DNA of 64,000 nt, taken from NCBI GenBank assembly GCA_024642665.1, contig JAHEAR010000021.1, positions 453 to 64,452 of the forward strand, written 5' to 3'. Made by a program: the position numbers and the translations under genes. Below are positions 10,625-20,844 of the stretch, piece by piece (within the stretch, counting starts at the first letter, position 1; each line of letters starts with the position of its first letter). The notes below the pieces were generated by a model. It had not been told where the DNA came from, did no database searches, and saw only the letters and a program-made list of their open reading frames with translations. The stretch is from Bacteroidota bacterium. GTDB taxonomy: Bacteria > Bacteroidota > Bacteroidia > Chitinophagales > Saprospiraceae.

Positions 10625-12085
10625 ATGGGTGCAGCACCTACATCACCGATCAGAGAACCGTTAGTACAAGGACATAAGACCTACCACCAGATTACGGAAG
10701 ATCTTTGTTCTCCTACGGAGCGGGCGCCAGGCAAAGCATGGACATTAGCTTTTATTGTGGCTTTAATGGCCGCCACCTGGGGAATTGTTAGTATCATCAT
10801 CACCATCTGGGTCGGTATTGGCACATGGAGATTGAACAGAACCATTGGATGGGGATGGGACATTACTAATTTCGTATGGTGGATTGGTATTGGACATGCC
10901 GGTACGCTGATTTCAGCGATCCTGTTACTGTTCCGACAGAAATGGCGTACGGGTGTAAACCGGGCAGCGGAAGCGATGACCATTTTTGCCGTTATTTGTG
11001 CCGCCCTTTTTCCGGCTATTCACGTTGGACGTATTTGGGTGGTATTTTTCTTTTTTCCTTATCCGAATACAAGAGGACCGGTTTGGCCAAACTTTAATTC
11101 ACCACTTCTTTGGGACGTTTTTGCGATCTCTACATACTTTACGGTTTCTTTATTATTTTGGTATACGGGACTCGTTCCGGATTTTGCTACGGTACGAGAC
11201 AGAGCAAAAGGATTCAGGAAAAAAATGTACACCTTTCTTTCTTTTGGATGGACAGGATCAGCAAAACACTGGCAGCGCCATGAATCACTTTCATTGGTAT
11301 TAGCCGGACTTGCGACACCACTTGTACTTTCTGTTCATACGATAGTAAGTTTTGACTTTGCCACCTCTGTTATTCCTGGATGGCACACCACAATTTTCCC
11401 TCCTTACTTTGTGGCAGGAGCGATCTTTTCTGGATTTGCAATGGTGCAGACATTGATGGTAATCACCAGAAAGGTGCTTAACCTTCAAAACTATATTACC
11501 ATAGGACACATAGAATCCATGAACAAGGTGATTCTTGTGACAGGTACTATTGTTGGTGTAGCCTATTTGACGGAGTTATTTATTGCCTGGTATTCCGGGT
11601 ATGTTTATGAGCAGTTTGCATTTTTTAATCGTGCACTCGGTCCTTATTGGTGGTCCTATTTCGGTATGATGACTTGTAATGTGCTTTCTCCTCAGTTGTT
11701 TTGGTCAAAGAAGATCAGAAGAAATGTCACCATGACTTTCTTTATGTCCATATTCGTCAACATTGGAATGTGGTTTGAGCGATTTGTGATTATAGCCACA
11801 ACGCTAGCTCGCGATTATTTACCTTCCAGTTGGAGTTTCTACGTTCCATCTATTGTTGAGATCGGAATCTATGTGGGCACTATCGGAATCTTTTTTGTTT
11901 TCTACCTGGTCTTCGTTCGAGTAGCACCGGTCGTAGCGATCGCCGAGATTAAGCACATCCTGAAGAGTTCAGGAGATCAATATGTAATAACGAATGGTCA
12001 AACTACACTGCATCAAATAGAGCAGGGTGGAACCGCGCTTCAGGTAGCCGGTCATGGCGATTCACATGGAAATGCACATCATTAA
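10625..12085 (+). CDS. actC: Alternative complex III subunit ActC (NrfD/PsrC family quinol-oxidising subunit)
   Basis: WDITNFVWWIGIGHAGTLISA, NRAAEAMT and WHTTIFPPYFVAGAIFSG motifs. Confidence 0.95.
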   Translation: MGAAPTSPIREPLVQGHKTYHQITEDLCSPTERAPGKAWTLAFIVALMAATWGIVSIIITIWVGIGTWRLNRTIGWGWDITNFVWWIGIGHAGTLISAILLLFRQKWRTGVNRAAEAMTIFAVICAALFPAIHVGRIWVVFFFFPYPNTRGPVWPNFNSPLLWDVFAISTYFTVSLLFWYTGLVPDFATVRDRAKGFRKKMYTFLSFGWTGSAKHWQRHESLSLVLAGLATPLVLSVHTIVSFDFATSVIPGWHTTIFPPYFVAGAIFSGFAMVQTLMVITRKVLNLQNYITIGHIESMNKVILVTGTIVGVAYLTELFIAWYSGYVYEQFAFFNRALGPYWWSYFGMMTCNVLSPQLFWSKKIRRNVTMTFFMSIFVNIGMWFERFVIIATTLARDYLPSSWSFYVPSIVEIGIYVGTIGIFFVFYLVFVRVAPVVAIAEIKHILKSSGDQYVITNGQTTLHQIEQGGTALQVAGHGDSHGNAHH

Positions 12086-12118
12086 TTGATTATTTAAACA
12101 CTGGTGATCCAATAGATC

Positions 12119-12649
12119 ATGAAGCACGGAGAAAAAAATATATTATTCGGATTGTACGATGATGAAGAAGATCTGAAGAAGGCTGTCGTTCAGGCTAATC
12201 AGGATCATCTTGACATCATGGATGTGTTAACACCCTTTCCAGTTCATGGATTGGATCCACTATTAGGTCTTGCTGAATCAAGATTGCATATAGCGGGATT
12301 TGTATTTGGACTGACTGGGACCTTAACGGCGTTCTTAGGAATGACCTGGATATTTACAAGAGACTGGCCTAATATTTTTGGTGGGAAGCCCTACTGGCCA
12401 ATACTATCCTTTGTTCCGATTTCATTTGAGTTGACAGTACTATTTGCTTCCATCGGAATGGTGGTTACGTTTTACATTGTTAATGGGCAAGGACCAGGTA
12501 TTAAAAACCCGGTTATACACCCGCGCATTACAGATGATAAGTTCTGTATCGCATTTAATACTGATCATCTTGGGGATGCTCAGGTGAGTAAACTCAGAAA
12601 TTTTTTCCAACAAACCGGAGCCAGTCTGGTAGAAACGAAGACGATCTGA
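12119..12649 (+). CDS. actD: Alternative complex III subunit ActD (DUF3341)
   Basis: TPFPVHGLD, GGKP, FELTVLF and TDDKF motifs; position after actC. Confidence 0.92.
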   Translation: MKHGEKNILFGLYDDEEDLKKAVVQANQDHLDIMDVLTPFPVHGLDPLLGLAESRLHIAGFVFGLTGTLTAFLGMTWIFTRDWPNIFGGKPYWPILSFVPISFELTVLFASIGMVVTFYIVNGQGPGIKNPVIHPRITDDKFCIAFNTDHLGDAQVSKLRNFFQQTGASLVETKTI

Positions 12650-12651
12650 AC

Positions 12652-13536
12652 ATGAGGTATACGATACAATTTTCAATTCTTGCATGCGTAACATTGTTTA
12701 CCGCATGTTCACCCGCCGAGGGTGATCGTACAGGGCATGAATTTATGCCGGATATGGTACATACCACCGGGTATGAAGCAAACCTCTACGATTATTATTA
12801 CTACAACCGATGGGGTACTGAAGCAGAGTACAAACAATTTGTTTCGCCACGCCACAGTGTAAATGGAGCTGTTGCCAGAGGGCAAGTCTCCGTTGCTAAT
12901 GCAGGTGATGCAATGGCCAGAATGCAAGCGATGGAAGCTTTTGAAGGTATGGGCGATGGTAATTTTCCTATGGTTGCAAATGGAAGTGTGCCTTACTACT
13001 ATGGTAATACAGAAGAAGAGCGTACTAGAGCTTCTGAAGAAATTACAAAAAATCCTTTTCCAATTACTGAGAAAGGGCTGGCGCATGGAAAAGAGTTATA
13101 CAATATTTATTGCGGCATTTGCCATGGAGAAAAAGCAGATGGTCTGGGTTATCTGGTAAGAGAAGAGGACCCTGCGAAAGGCATTGTAGCCGGAGTATAT
13201 CCGGCAGCGCCTGCCAACTTTCTGCTAGATACATTTTTGCATTCTTCTGTTGGCCGTTTTTATCATGGTATCATGCATGGTAAAAATGTGATGGGTTCGT
13301 ATGCCGATAAATTGAGCTATGTGGAACGATGGGAAGTGATTCATTATATCCGATCGCTGCAAGCTAAAGCTAAAAAAGCAACGTACTCACCGGAAGAAAA
13401 TACATTAAATAATGAAGCGATCACCTGGGCTGCATTTGAAAAGATGATCCCTCAGAAAATGACTGCTGAAAATAATGGAGGAGAAGGACATGATCACGAG
13501 CCAGCAGAAGATCACCAACATAATAATGAACATTAA
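12652..13536 (+). CDS. actE: Alternative complex III subunit ActE (monoheme cytochrome c lipoprotein)
   Basis: Lipobox-like FTAC, EFMPDM, single CGICH, MGSYA and ERWEVIHYI. Confidence 0.9.
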   Translation: MRYTIQFSILACVTLFTACSPAEGDRTGHEFMPDMVHTTGYEANLYDYYYYNRWGTEAEYKQFVSPRHSVNGAVARGQVSVANAGDAMARMQAMEAFEGMGDGNFPMVANGSVPYYYGNTEEERTRASEEITKNPFPITEKGLAHGKELYNIYCGICHGEKADGLGYLVREEDPAKGIVAGVYPAAPANFLLDTFLHSSVGRFYHGIMHGKNVMGSYADKLSYVERWEVIHYIRSLQAKAKKATYSPEENTLNNEAITWAAFEKMIPQKMTAENNGGEGHDHEPAEDHQHNNEH

Positions 13537-13539
13537 TCA

Positions 13540-14811
13540 TTGACCGAATCGACTACAACAGATATGAATCAGTTTATATTCGAAACAAGACAGAAAACAA
13601 TACTTGGCCTGATGATGCTGGTCGGTATATTTTCATTGGTCGCCACGTATATTGGGGATGATCATTTCCATACCCGATTTTGGTCTAACGTACTGCACAA
13701 TTCTGTATTTTTTACAGGGGTAGCACTGATGGCTTTATTTCTTCTGGCAGCTAAAATTACAGCGTGGTCAGGCTGGCATACCATTTTTAAAAGAGTTTGG
13801 GAAGCCTATTCCTTATTTCTGGTGGTAGGACTGGTCCTGATCATGATCATCGCTTTAGGTATTTGGGGTGGATGGCACCACTTATACCACTGGGCAGATA
13901 TTAAGTCCGTAGAGTCAGATGTAATCTTAACAGGGAAGAGTTCATTTTTGAATAAAAACTGGTACACCTTCGGCAGTTTATTATTTGTTGGGTTATGGGT
14001 GTTTTTTGCCATTCGTATTCGCCAGCTTTCTGTGGATGAGGATATAAATGGAGACAGCAATTTTACCCATGCCCGTAAAATGAGAGTACTTGGTGCAGCA
14101 GCACTTCCGGTGATTGGATTTACCAGTGCTGCGTTGATCTGGCAATGGGTGATGTCTGTGGATGCACACTGGTACAGTACACTTTTTGCCTGGTATGCTT
14201 CTGCGAGCATGATGGTGACGATGATAGCCCTGACGATTATTACGTTAATCATGCTAAAGGTGAGAGGATATTTCCCGCTAGTCAATATTGAGCACTTGCA
14301 TGACTTAGGGAAGTATATGTTTGCATTTAGTATTTTCTGGACGTATTTGTGGTTCTCTCAATATATGTTGATCTGGTATGCTAACATTCCGGAAGAAACG
14401 ATCTATTTCAATACCCGACTACATCAATATCCGGTATTGTTTTACCTCAATATTGGATTAAATTTCGTGCTGCCATTTTTAGTGTTATTGCGCAACGATA
14501 CAAAACGTAAATACGGAACACTCTTGTTTATTTCATGTGTGCTTGTGTTTAGTCACTGGCTGGATTTCTTCCTGATGTTGAAACCTGGAATTATCCACAC
14601 AGCCCATGAATTAGCTGCGGCTGCAGGAGAAGCGGGGCATCATACAGCAGGAGCCACCCCAGGATTTACATTGCCCGGATTTTTGGAAATAGGAACTTTC
14701 ATTGGATTCCTTGGACTTTTCTTCTTTGTTGTGTTCAACAGATTAGAAAAAGCAAGTCTTGTACCATCCAGAGATCCTTACTTAATGGAAAGTGTATCTC
14801 ATCATACCTAA
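13540..14811 (+). CDS. actF: Alternative complex III subunit ActF
   Basis: Multi-TM; WVMSVDAHWYSTLF, HLHDLGKYMFAFSIFWTYLWFSQYMLIWYANIPEET. Confidence 0.92.
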   Translation: MTESTTTDMNQFIFETRQKTILGLMMLVGIFSLVATYIGDDHFHTRFWSNVLHNSVFFTGVALMALFLLAAKITAWSGWHTIFKRVWEAYSLFLVVGLVLIMIIALGIWGGWHHLYHWADIKSVESDVILTGKSSFLNKNWYTFGSLLFVGLWVFFAIRIRQLSVDEDINGDSNFTHARKMRVLGAAALPVIGFTSAALIWQWVMSVDAHWYSTLFAWYASASMMVTMIALTIITLIMLKVRGYFPLVNIEHLHDLGKYMFAFSIFWTYLWFSQYMLIWYANIPEETIYFNTRLHQYPVLFYLNIGLNFVLPFLVLLRNDTKRKYGTLLFISCVLVFSHWLDFFLMLKPGIIHTAHELAAAAGEAGHHTAGATPGFTLPGFLEIGTFIGFLGLFFFVVFNRLEKASLVPSRDPYLMESVSHHT

Positions 14812-14867
14812 TCGTTTGGTGAGTAATCGATAAACTATTGAATGAAGTATATAAAGCCAGATAGCAA

Positions 14868-16388
14868 ATGACCGCTTTGATTATTGGATTAAGTATTCTG
14901 CTTTTAGTGATTGTAATTTTACAGATCAGTAAACTGACAGATCTATATGCCCGCATCCGTGGGGAAGAGGAGGTGGATGAACGCCTCAATCGCAGTCAGG
15001 GGAATGCGATGATATTATTTATGGTGGGTTTTCTGACGCTTTGTATTATCTCTGCCTATTGGATGAGAAACTATATGCTGGGTTATGGACCTCATAAAGC
15101 CGCTTCCGCTCACGGAAGTACTTTAGATAATCTCTTTAATACCACCTTGTTGTTTACAGGAATTGTCTTTGTGATTACGCACATTGCGCTTTTCTATTTT
15201 TCCTGGAGATACAAAAAGACTAAAACCTCTAAAGCGACTCACTGGTCACATAATAACACGCTTGAAATCGTATGGTCTGCTATTCCTGCAGTGGTCATGA
15301 CTTATCTGGTGATCAAAGGATTGCTGGCATGGAATGCGGTTATGGCAGATATTAAACCAGGAGAGGAGCATATTGAAATTGAGGCTACCGGTTACCAGTT
15401 TGCCTGGCATCTTCGTTATCCCGGGGCTGATGGTGTGATAGGAACAAGAAAGTACACATTGATTTCCGCCAGCAACCCTTTAGGGCAGGACTGGACAGAT
15501 CCGCATAATTATGACGACTTCCATCCGGATGAACTTTGGTTACCGGTCGGAAAAAAAGTACGCGTGCGAATTATCGCGAGAGATGTACTGCATAACTTTT
15601 TTCTGCCTCACTTTAGAGTGAAGATGGATGCCGTACCAGGTCTTCCTACGTATTTCGTATTCACACCTGAAAAAACTACGGAAGATTACCGAAATGAGTT
15701 GCGAAATTATCCTGAATATAATGTACCAAAGGATCCTTCTGATCCGGACAGCAAGATGTTGTGGGAAGAGTTCAATTACGAACTTGCCTGCGCTGAATTG
15801 TGTGGAAAGAGTCATTACAGTATGCGCAGAGTAGTCCGTATTGTTTCTCAGGAAGAATATGATGCATGGTTGGCTAAGCAACAATCATACTATCAAAGCA
15901 CAATCCGTAATACCGATGATGATCCCAACAAAGGGAAATTACTCGGATATGAAATGGATCGAAACAGAGAGGCCTTGAATATGGCAGTGGATAAAGCATT
16001 AGTTGATGCAGGTATTCCTATGACAGCGGAGGAAAAGGCAGCTTTAAGACTTATTCCTCTTGATTATGTTGGCTTTGAAACAGGATCAAGTGTCCTTACC
16101 TCTCAATCTACAAGTCAGATTGATGATTTGGTGGGGATATTAAACAGGTACCCTGATATATCCATTGAGATTGAAGGGCATACAGACAGCACCGGTGAGG
16201 TAGCGGCTAATCAAGTGCTATCACAGGACCGTGCCCAGGTGATTGAAAACTATCTCATTGAGAAAGGCATTGCCCAGGGCAGATTGAAGGCCATTGGTTA
16301 TGGGTCATCTCGACCTATAGATACGAATGATACTGACGAAGGTCGGGCGAAGAATAGAAGAACGCAATTTAGAATTATATCCAACTAA
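14868..16388 (+). CDS. coxB: Cytochrome c oxidase subunit II fused to a C-terminal OmpA-like domain
   Basis: LEIVWSAIP, QFAW, DVLHNF and CuA motif CAELCGKSHYSM; C-terminal FETGS...IEGHTD...NQVLSQDRA...GYG...NRR is an OmpA/MotB-type domain. Confidence 0.93.
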   Translation: MTALIIGLSILLLVIVILQISKLTDLYARIRGEEEVDERLNRSQGNAMILFMVGFLTLCIISAYWMRNYMLGYGPHKAASAHGSTLDNLFNTTLLFTGIVFVITHIALFYFSWRYKKTKTSKATHWSHNNTLEIVWSAIPAVVMTYLVIKGLLAWNAVMADIKPGEEHIEIEATGYQFAWHLRYPGADGVIGTRKYTLISASNPLGQDWTDPHNYDDFHPDELWLPVGKKVRVRIIARDVLHNFFLPHFRVKMDAVPGLPTYFVFTPEKTTEDYRNELRNYPEYNVPKDPSDPDSKMLWEEFNYELACAELCGKSHYSMRRVVRIVSQEEYDAWLAKQQSYYQSTIRNTDDDPNKGKLLGYEMDRNREALNMAVDKALVDAGIPMTAEEKAALRLIPLDYVGFETGSSVLTSQSTSQIDDLVGILNRYPDISIEIEGHTDSTGEVAANQVLSQDRAQVIENYLIEKGIAQGRLKAIGYGSSRPIDTNDTDEGRAKNRRTQFRIISN

Positions 16389-16400
16389 TATTAGACGATT

Positions 16401-18257
16401 ATGTCATCTTCACAGCAGCAGGAAACCGATGTTCTGATTAATGAACAAGGATATGATGATCATTTTCATGAGCATCATCATGGGGATAAGTATCAATCCA
16501 ACTTTATCACCCATTATATCTTTAGTCAGGACCATAAGATCATCGCGCGGCAGTTTCTCGTAACCGGTATTTTCTGGGCGATCATCGGTGCCAGCATGAG
16601 TATTATATTCAGGCTTCAACTGGGGTTTCCGGATGACAGTATGGCCTGGTTGAAGCCCATATTAGGGAAATGGATCACCATCAACGATGCAGGTCACGGA
16701 GCATTAAATCCGGAGTTTTATTATGCATTGGTCACCATGCACGGTACGATTATCGTATTCTTTGTATTGACCGCCGGATTGAGTGGAACATTTGCCAATT
16801 TATTGATTCCCTACCAACTTGGGGCGAGAGATATGGCATCGCCATTTCTTAACATGCTTTCCTATTGGTTTTTCTTTTTAGCAAGCGTGGTGATGTTTAT
16901 CTCCTTGTTTTTAAGTACAGGGCCTTTTGCCGGTGGATGGACAGCCTATCCTCCGCTCAGTGCATTACCGGAGGCAAGCTCCGGTTCAGGAGCCGGTATG
17001 ACATTGTGGCTGGTGAGTCTTACATTTTTCGTAGTCTCGGTGCTTTTGGGAGGTATAAATTATGTAACAACTGTTTTAAACCTGCGAACAAAAGGAATGA
17101 ATCTGTGGCGTATGCCATTGACAGTTTGGGCACTGCTTGTAACGGCAATTCTTGGTATTCTTTCTTTCCCGGTTTTGGTTTCCGGTTTCTTCCTATTGAT
17201 TTTCGACCGAGGGATGGGTACCAGTTTTTACCTGAGTGAGATATTTGTCAACGGTGCGGCCATGCAGAATGTGGGAGGTAGTCCAATTTTATATCAGCAT
17301 TTATTCTGGTTCCTCGGGCATCCGGAGGTATATATTATTATTCTTCCGGCGATGGGTCTGACCAGTGAGGTTTTATCTGTGCATGCGCGCAAACCAATTT
17401 TTGGTTACAAAGCGATGGTGTATTCCATTCTGGCGATTGGATTCTTATCCTTTATCGTTTGGGCCCACCACATGTTTATGTCAGGTGTCAATCCATTTAT
17501 ATCTAATTTCTTTGTTGTCTTTACTTTGATTATCGCTGTTCCTTCTGCGGTCAAAGTGTTCAACTGGATTTCTACCTTGTATAAAGGGAATATCAGATTT
17601 ACGTCTGCAATGCTTTTTGCCATCGGTTTTGTGTCGATGTTTATTTCCGGAGGTCTGACGGGTATATTCCTGGGTAACTCCGCTATTGATATTCAATTAC
17701 ACGATACGTACTTCGTCGTAGCGCACTTTCATATTGTAATGGGTATAGCTGCATTCTTTGGCATGTTTGCCGGAGTGTATCATTGGTTCCCGAGGATGTA
17801 TGGTCGTTTTATGAATGAGACCTTAGGACGAATTCATTTTTGGATGACCATTGTAGGCGCGTATGCTATCTTCTGGCCAATGCACTATATGGGTATGGCG
17901 GGTGTACCCAGACGATATTATCGTTTTGATACTTTTGATGCCTTCGGACATTTTGGGGGTTTAAATGAGTTTATCACCATCGCAGCGATCATTACTTTTT
18001 CAGCGCAACTATTATTTGTGTTCAATTTCTTCTATAGCATTTGGTATGGCAAGAAGATGACTACCAAAAATCCATGGGGTGCAACGACGTTGGAATGGAC
18101 TACACCGATTAAGGCAGGTCATGGTAACTGGCCGGGTAAATTACCAACTGTGCACAGATGGGCATATGATTACAGTAAAGAAGGTGCGGATAAAGATTTT
18201 ATCCAGCAACATTTACCATTAACGGATAAGGAAAAAGCTGAGGAAGCCAATCATTAA
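16401..18257 (+). CDS. coxA: Cytochrome c oxidase subunit I, type A1
   Basis: TMHGT, GWTAYPPL, WFLGHPEVY, VWAHHMF, HDTYFVVAHFH and PRRY. Confidence 0.97.
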   Translation: MSSSQQQETDVLINEQGYDDHFHEHHHGDKYQSNFITHYIFSQDHKIIARQFLVTGIFWAIIGASMSIIFRLQLGFPDDSMAWLKPILGKWITINDAGHGALNPEFYYALVTMHGTIIVFFVLTAGLSGTFANLLIPYQLGARDMASPFLNMLSYWFFFLASVVMFISLFLSTGPFAGGWTAYPPLSALPEASSGSGAGMTLWLVSLTFFVVSVLLGGINYVTTVLNLRTKGMNLWRMPLTVWALLVTAILGILSFPVLVSGFFLLIFDRGMGTSFYLSEIFVNGAAMQNVGGSPILYQHLFWFLGHPEVYIIILPAMGLTSEVLSVHARKPIFGYKAMVYSILAIGFLSFIVWAHHMFMSGVNPFISNFFVVFTLIIAVPSAVKVFNWISTLYKGNIRFTSAMLFAIGFVSMFISGGLTGIFLGNSAIDIQLHDTYFVVAHFHIVMGIAAFFGMFAGVYHWFPRMYGRFMNETLGRIHFWMTIVGAYAIFWPMHYMGMAGVPRRYYRFDTFDAFGHFGGLNEFITIAAIITFSAQLLFVFNFFYSIWYGKKMTTKNPWGATTLEWTTPIKAGHGNWPGKLPTVHRWAYDYSKEGADKDFIQQHLPLTDKEKAEEANH

Positions 18258-19156
18258 TGAAAGCAAAAGCACCGGCACAGGTTAGAACGGCATCTATTAC
18301 GCTTAAGGATTGGGTCCAGGACTTTGGTCTTCTGGTCAAGTTCCGCCTAAGCACGTTTGTTGTATTCTCCTCATTGGTGGCCTACAGCATTGCTGCGGGA
18401 AGTGCATTTGCAACAGGCCCTTTTCTTGTCCTTTTAGCAGGTGGGTATCTGATCACATTTGCCGCCAATATTTTTAATGAAATTTTGGAAGCGGACTATG
18501 ATCGCGTCATGGAGCGCACATCCAACCGACCTTTGGCTGCGCAACGCTGGACCGCTTCTTCTGCTTTAGTTTTGGCAGGTTTGTTTTCAATACTTGGCAT
18601 TGTTCTGCTGGCTTTGTTAAATCCTTTGACATCCTTTATTGGTACGTTGTCATTGGTGACCTACGCCTTCCTATATACCCCATTAAAGCGTTATAGTCCA
18701 ATATCAGTTGTTGTAGGGGCAATTCCCGGTGCACTACCTGTATTGATTGGAATGATTGCACATGATGGAGTGCTGACATCTGCAGCATTATTTCTCTTTG
18801 CAATTCAGTTCATTTGGCAATTTCCGCACTTCTGGGCTATTGGATTTTTATCGTATGACCAATATCAGAAAGCTGGGTATAAGTTATTGCCGGAAGAAAA
18901 TAATACTATTGATCGAAGACTTGGATCTCAAACATTAATATACACATGTTTGCTTTTGCCAGTCATTGCGATCGGTTTTTTCATGGGACTAATAACACTG
19001 GTAGGAACAATAGGTTTGACTTTAGTGTCGGGATATTTCATTTGGAAGGCCTGGCAGTTTTATATGCGTTTTGATAAAATCAGCGCCAGAGCGTTGATGT
19101 TTTCATCTTTCATATTCCTTCCGTTGGCACTTTTTGCCCTTTGGTGGGGTATGTAA
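18257..19156 (+). CDS. ctaB: Protoheme IX farnesyltransferase (heme O synthase)
   Basis: DRVMERTSNRPL, YTPLKR, GAIPGALP and WQFPHFWAI. Confidence 0.95.
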   Translation: MKAKAPAQVRTASITLKDWVQDFGLLVKFRLSTFVVFSSLVAYSIAAGSAFATGPFLVLLAGGYLITFAANIFNEILEADYDRVMERTSNRPLAAQRWTASSALVLAGLFSILGIVLLALLNPLTSFIGTLSLVTYAFLYTPLKRYSPISVVVGAIPGALPVLIGMIAHDGVLTSAALFLFAIQFIWQFPHFWAIGFLSYDQYQKAGYKLLPEENNTIDRRLGSQTLIYTCLLLPVIAIGFFMGLITLVGTIGLTLVSGYFIWKAWQFYMRFDKISARALMFSSFIFLPLALFALWWGM

Positions 19157-19173
19157 ATAATTAATCACAAGTA

Positions 19174-19761
19174 TTGATAGGAATGAGCAATAGCGGTATT
19201 ATAGAACATAAAGTAAAACGGGGAATTCATCCTCCGCTCTTTGCGTTATGGGCAGCTATGGCAAGCATCGTGATGATGTTTGGCTCATTGACCAGTGCTT
19301 ATATAGTTCGCCAGGCGGCAGGCAACTGGCTGGAATTCAGAATGCCGGATATATTTTTTTACAGCACGATTACGATACTGATCAGTAGTGTGACCTTGCA
19401 TACCAGTTATTGGGCGTTCCGCAATGGCAGAAAAAATTTGTACAGATTATTTTTACCGGTAACCCTTATATTGGGTATTGCTTTTGTGGTGATGCAATAT
19501 CAGGGTTGGCAGGCATTATATGATATTGGTGTAGCCTTGGATGGCAATCCCGGAGGATCATTCTTTTATTTGATTTCCGGAGTTCATGCTGCACATGTGG
19601 TTGGAGGGCTTTTTGCGCTCATCGTAGCCGCCATTTATGCATTTACATTACCATATAACTATACTGAAAAGAGAAGAAGGAGATTTCAATTAGTGCTCCA
19701 TTACTGGCACTTCGTTGATATCTTATGGGTATATCTTTTTTTATTCTTATTGATCCAATGA
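19174..19761 (+). CDS. Cytochrome c oxidase subunit III family protein (first copy)
   Basis: MMFGSLTSAY, FFYLISGVHAAHV and YWHFVDILWVYLF. Confidence 0.9.
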   Translation: MIGMSNSGIIEHKVKRGIHPPLFALWAAMASIVMMFGSLTSAYIVRQAAGNWLEFRMPDIFFYSTITILISSVTLHTSYWAFRNGRKNLYRLFLPVTLILGIAFVVMQYQGWQALYDIGVALDGNPGGSFFYLISGVHAAHVVGGLFALIVAAIYAFTLPYNYTEKRRRRFQLVLHYWHFVDILWVYLFLFLLIQ

Positions 19762-19776
19762 TATATTTTTAGATAG

Positions 19777-20790
19777 ATGAATACAGATACCACAGACATT
19801 AAACATACGGACCACGATACCACGGCCAATGGAAGTTGGGAAGGTGCAGCGTTTCCTTTTAAGGTAGGTTATGGCAAACTAATGATCTGGTACTTCTTGT
19901 TATCAGATGCGTTTACATTTGCCGGATTCCTGATCGCATATGGTACGCTTCGATTCAGTATGCCAAGCTGGCCCGTTCCGGATTATGTATTTAGTACATT
20001 CCCGTTTCTCGAAGGACACCATCCGTTGCTATTCGTAACGTTTATGACTTTTGTCCTTCTCTTTAGTTCATTTACGATGATTAGAGCGGTACAGGAAGGA
20101 CACCGTGAGAATAGAAGAGGTGTTGCTATCTGGATGGGACTGACGATCATTGGCGGATTGGGATTCCTTGGCTGTCAGGCCTGGGAGTGGACTACCCTGA
20201 TAGGGGGTGAGCATATGAGTCTCACGACCAATCCATTTGGTACGCACACAGAATCAGGGGTTTATTTGAATACAGACGGTACGCCATCTGAGGAGACTTT
20301 TCATGCGGGCTCAACTTATCTGATTCACAGAATGCATCTGGCAGATGCACATGAGGTTGCAGATGCACATGAAAGTGATCATGGGGCATCCCATGAGGTT
20401 GCAGGTGCAGAGGCGCATGATGCCGGTCACGAAGATGCACATGGTGGACATAGCTATGCGGGAGCAGGAGATTATCCCGATGCGATAGTTGATGAAAGAG
20501 GCTATATCCACAGGAAGTTTATTCCTTCTGAAGGTGAAAATGCCGGTAAAACAATACATGAAGCATTTGGACCAAAAGCATTTGGAGCTTTATTCTTCTT
20601 CATTACCGGATTTCACGGATTTCACGTTTTTTCAGGCGTCGCTTTTCTTCTGATTATTTTGATAAATGTATTGAGTGGACTTTACGTTGCACGAAAGAAT
20701 GGAAATGAAATGGTTGAGAAAATTGGACTTTATTGGCACTTTGTGGATTTAGTCTGGGTATTTGTTTTTCTTGTTTTTTATCTGCTATAA
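19777..20790 (+). CDS. Cytochrome c oxidase subunit III family protein (second copy) with a large His/acidic insert
   Basis: WYFLLSDAFTF, QAWEW, ITGFHGFHV and GLYWHFVDLVWVFVF; ~125-aa soluble insert. Confidence 0.9.
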   Translation: MNTDTTDIKHTDHDTTANGSWEGAAFPFKVGYGKLMIWYFLLSDAFTFAGFLIAYGTLRFSMPSWPVPDYVFSTFPFLEGHHPLLFVTFMTFVLLFSSFTMIRAVQEGHRENRRGVAIWMGLTIIGGLGFLGCQAWEWTTLIGGEHMSLTTNPFGTHTESGVYLNTDGTPSEETFHAGSTYLIHRMHLADAHEVADAHESDHGASHEVAGAEAHDAGHEDAHGGHSYAGAGDYPDAIVDERGYIHRKFIPSEGENAGKTIHEAFGPKAFGALFFFITGFHGFHVFSGVAFLLIILINVLSGLYVARKNGNEMVEKIGLYWHFVDLVWVFVFLVFYLL

Positions 20791-20844
20791 AACAGTTTAA
20801 AGCATAAGCATTCCACCAAAAAATATTGATTAAAAAAAGCATCG

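Noticed and set aside
19174..20790. Two subunit III genes as a frameshifted or pseudogenised single gene
   Set aside because: Each is intact with its own YWHFVD C-terminal motif; they are paralogues
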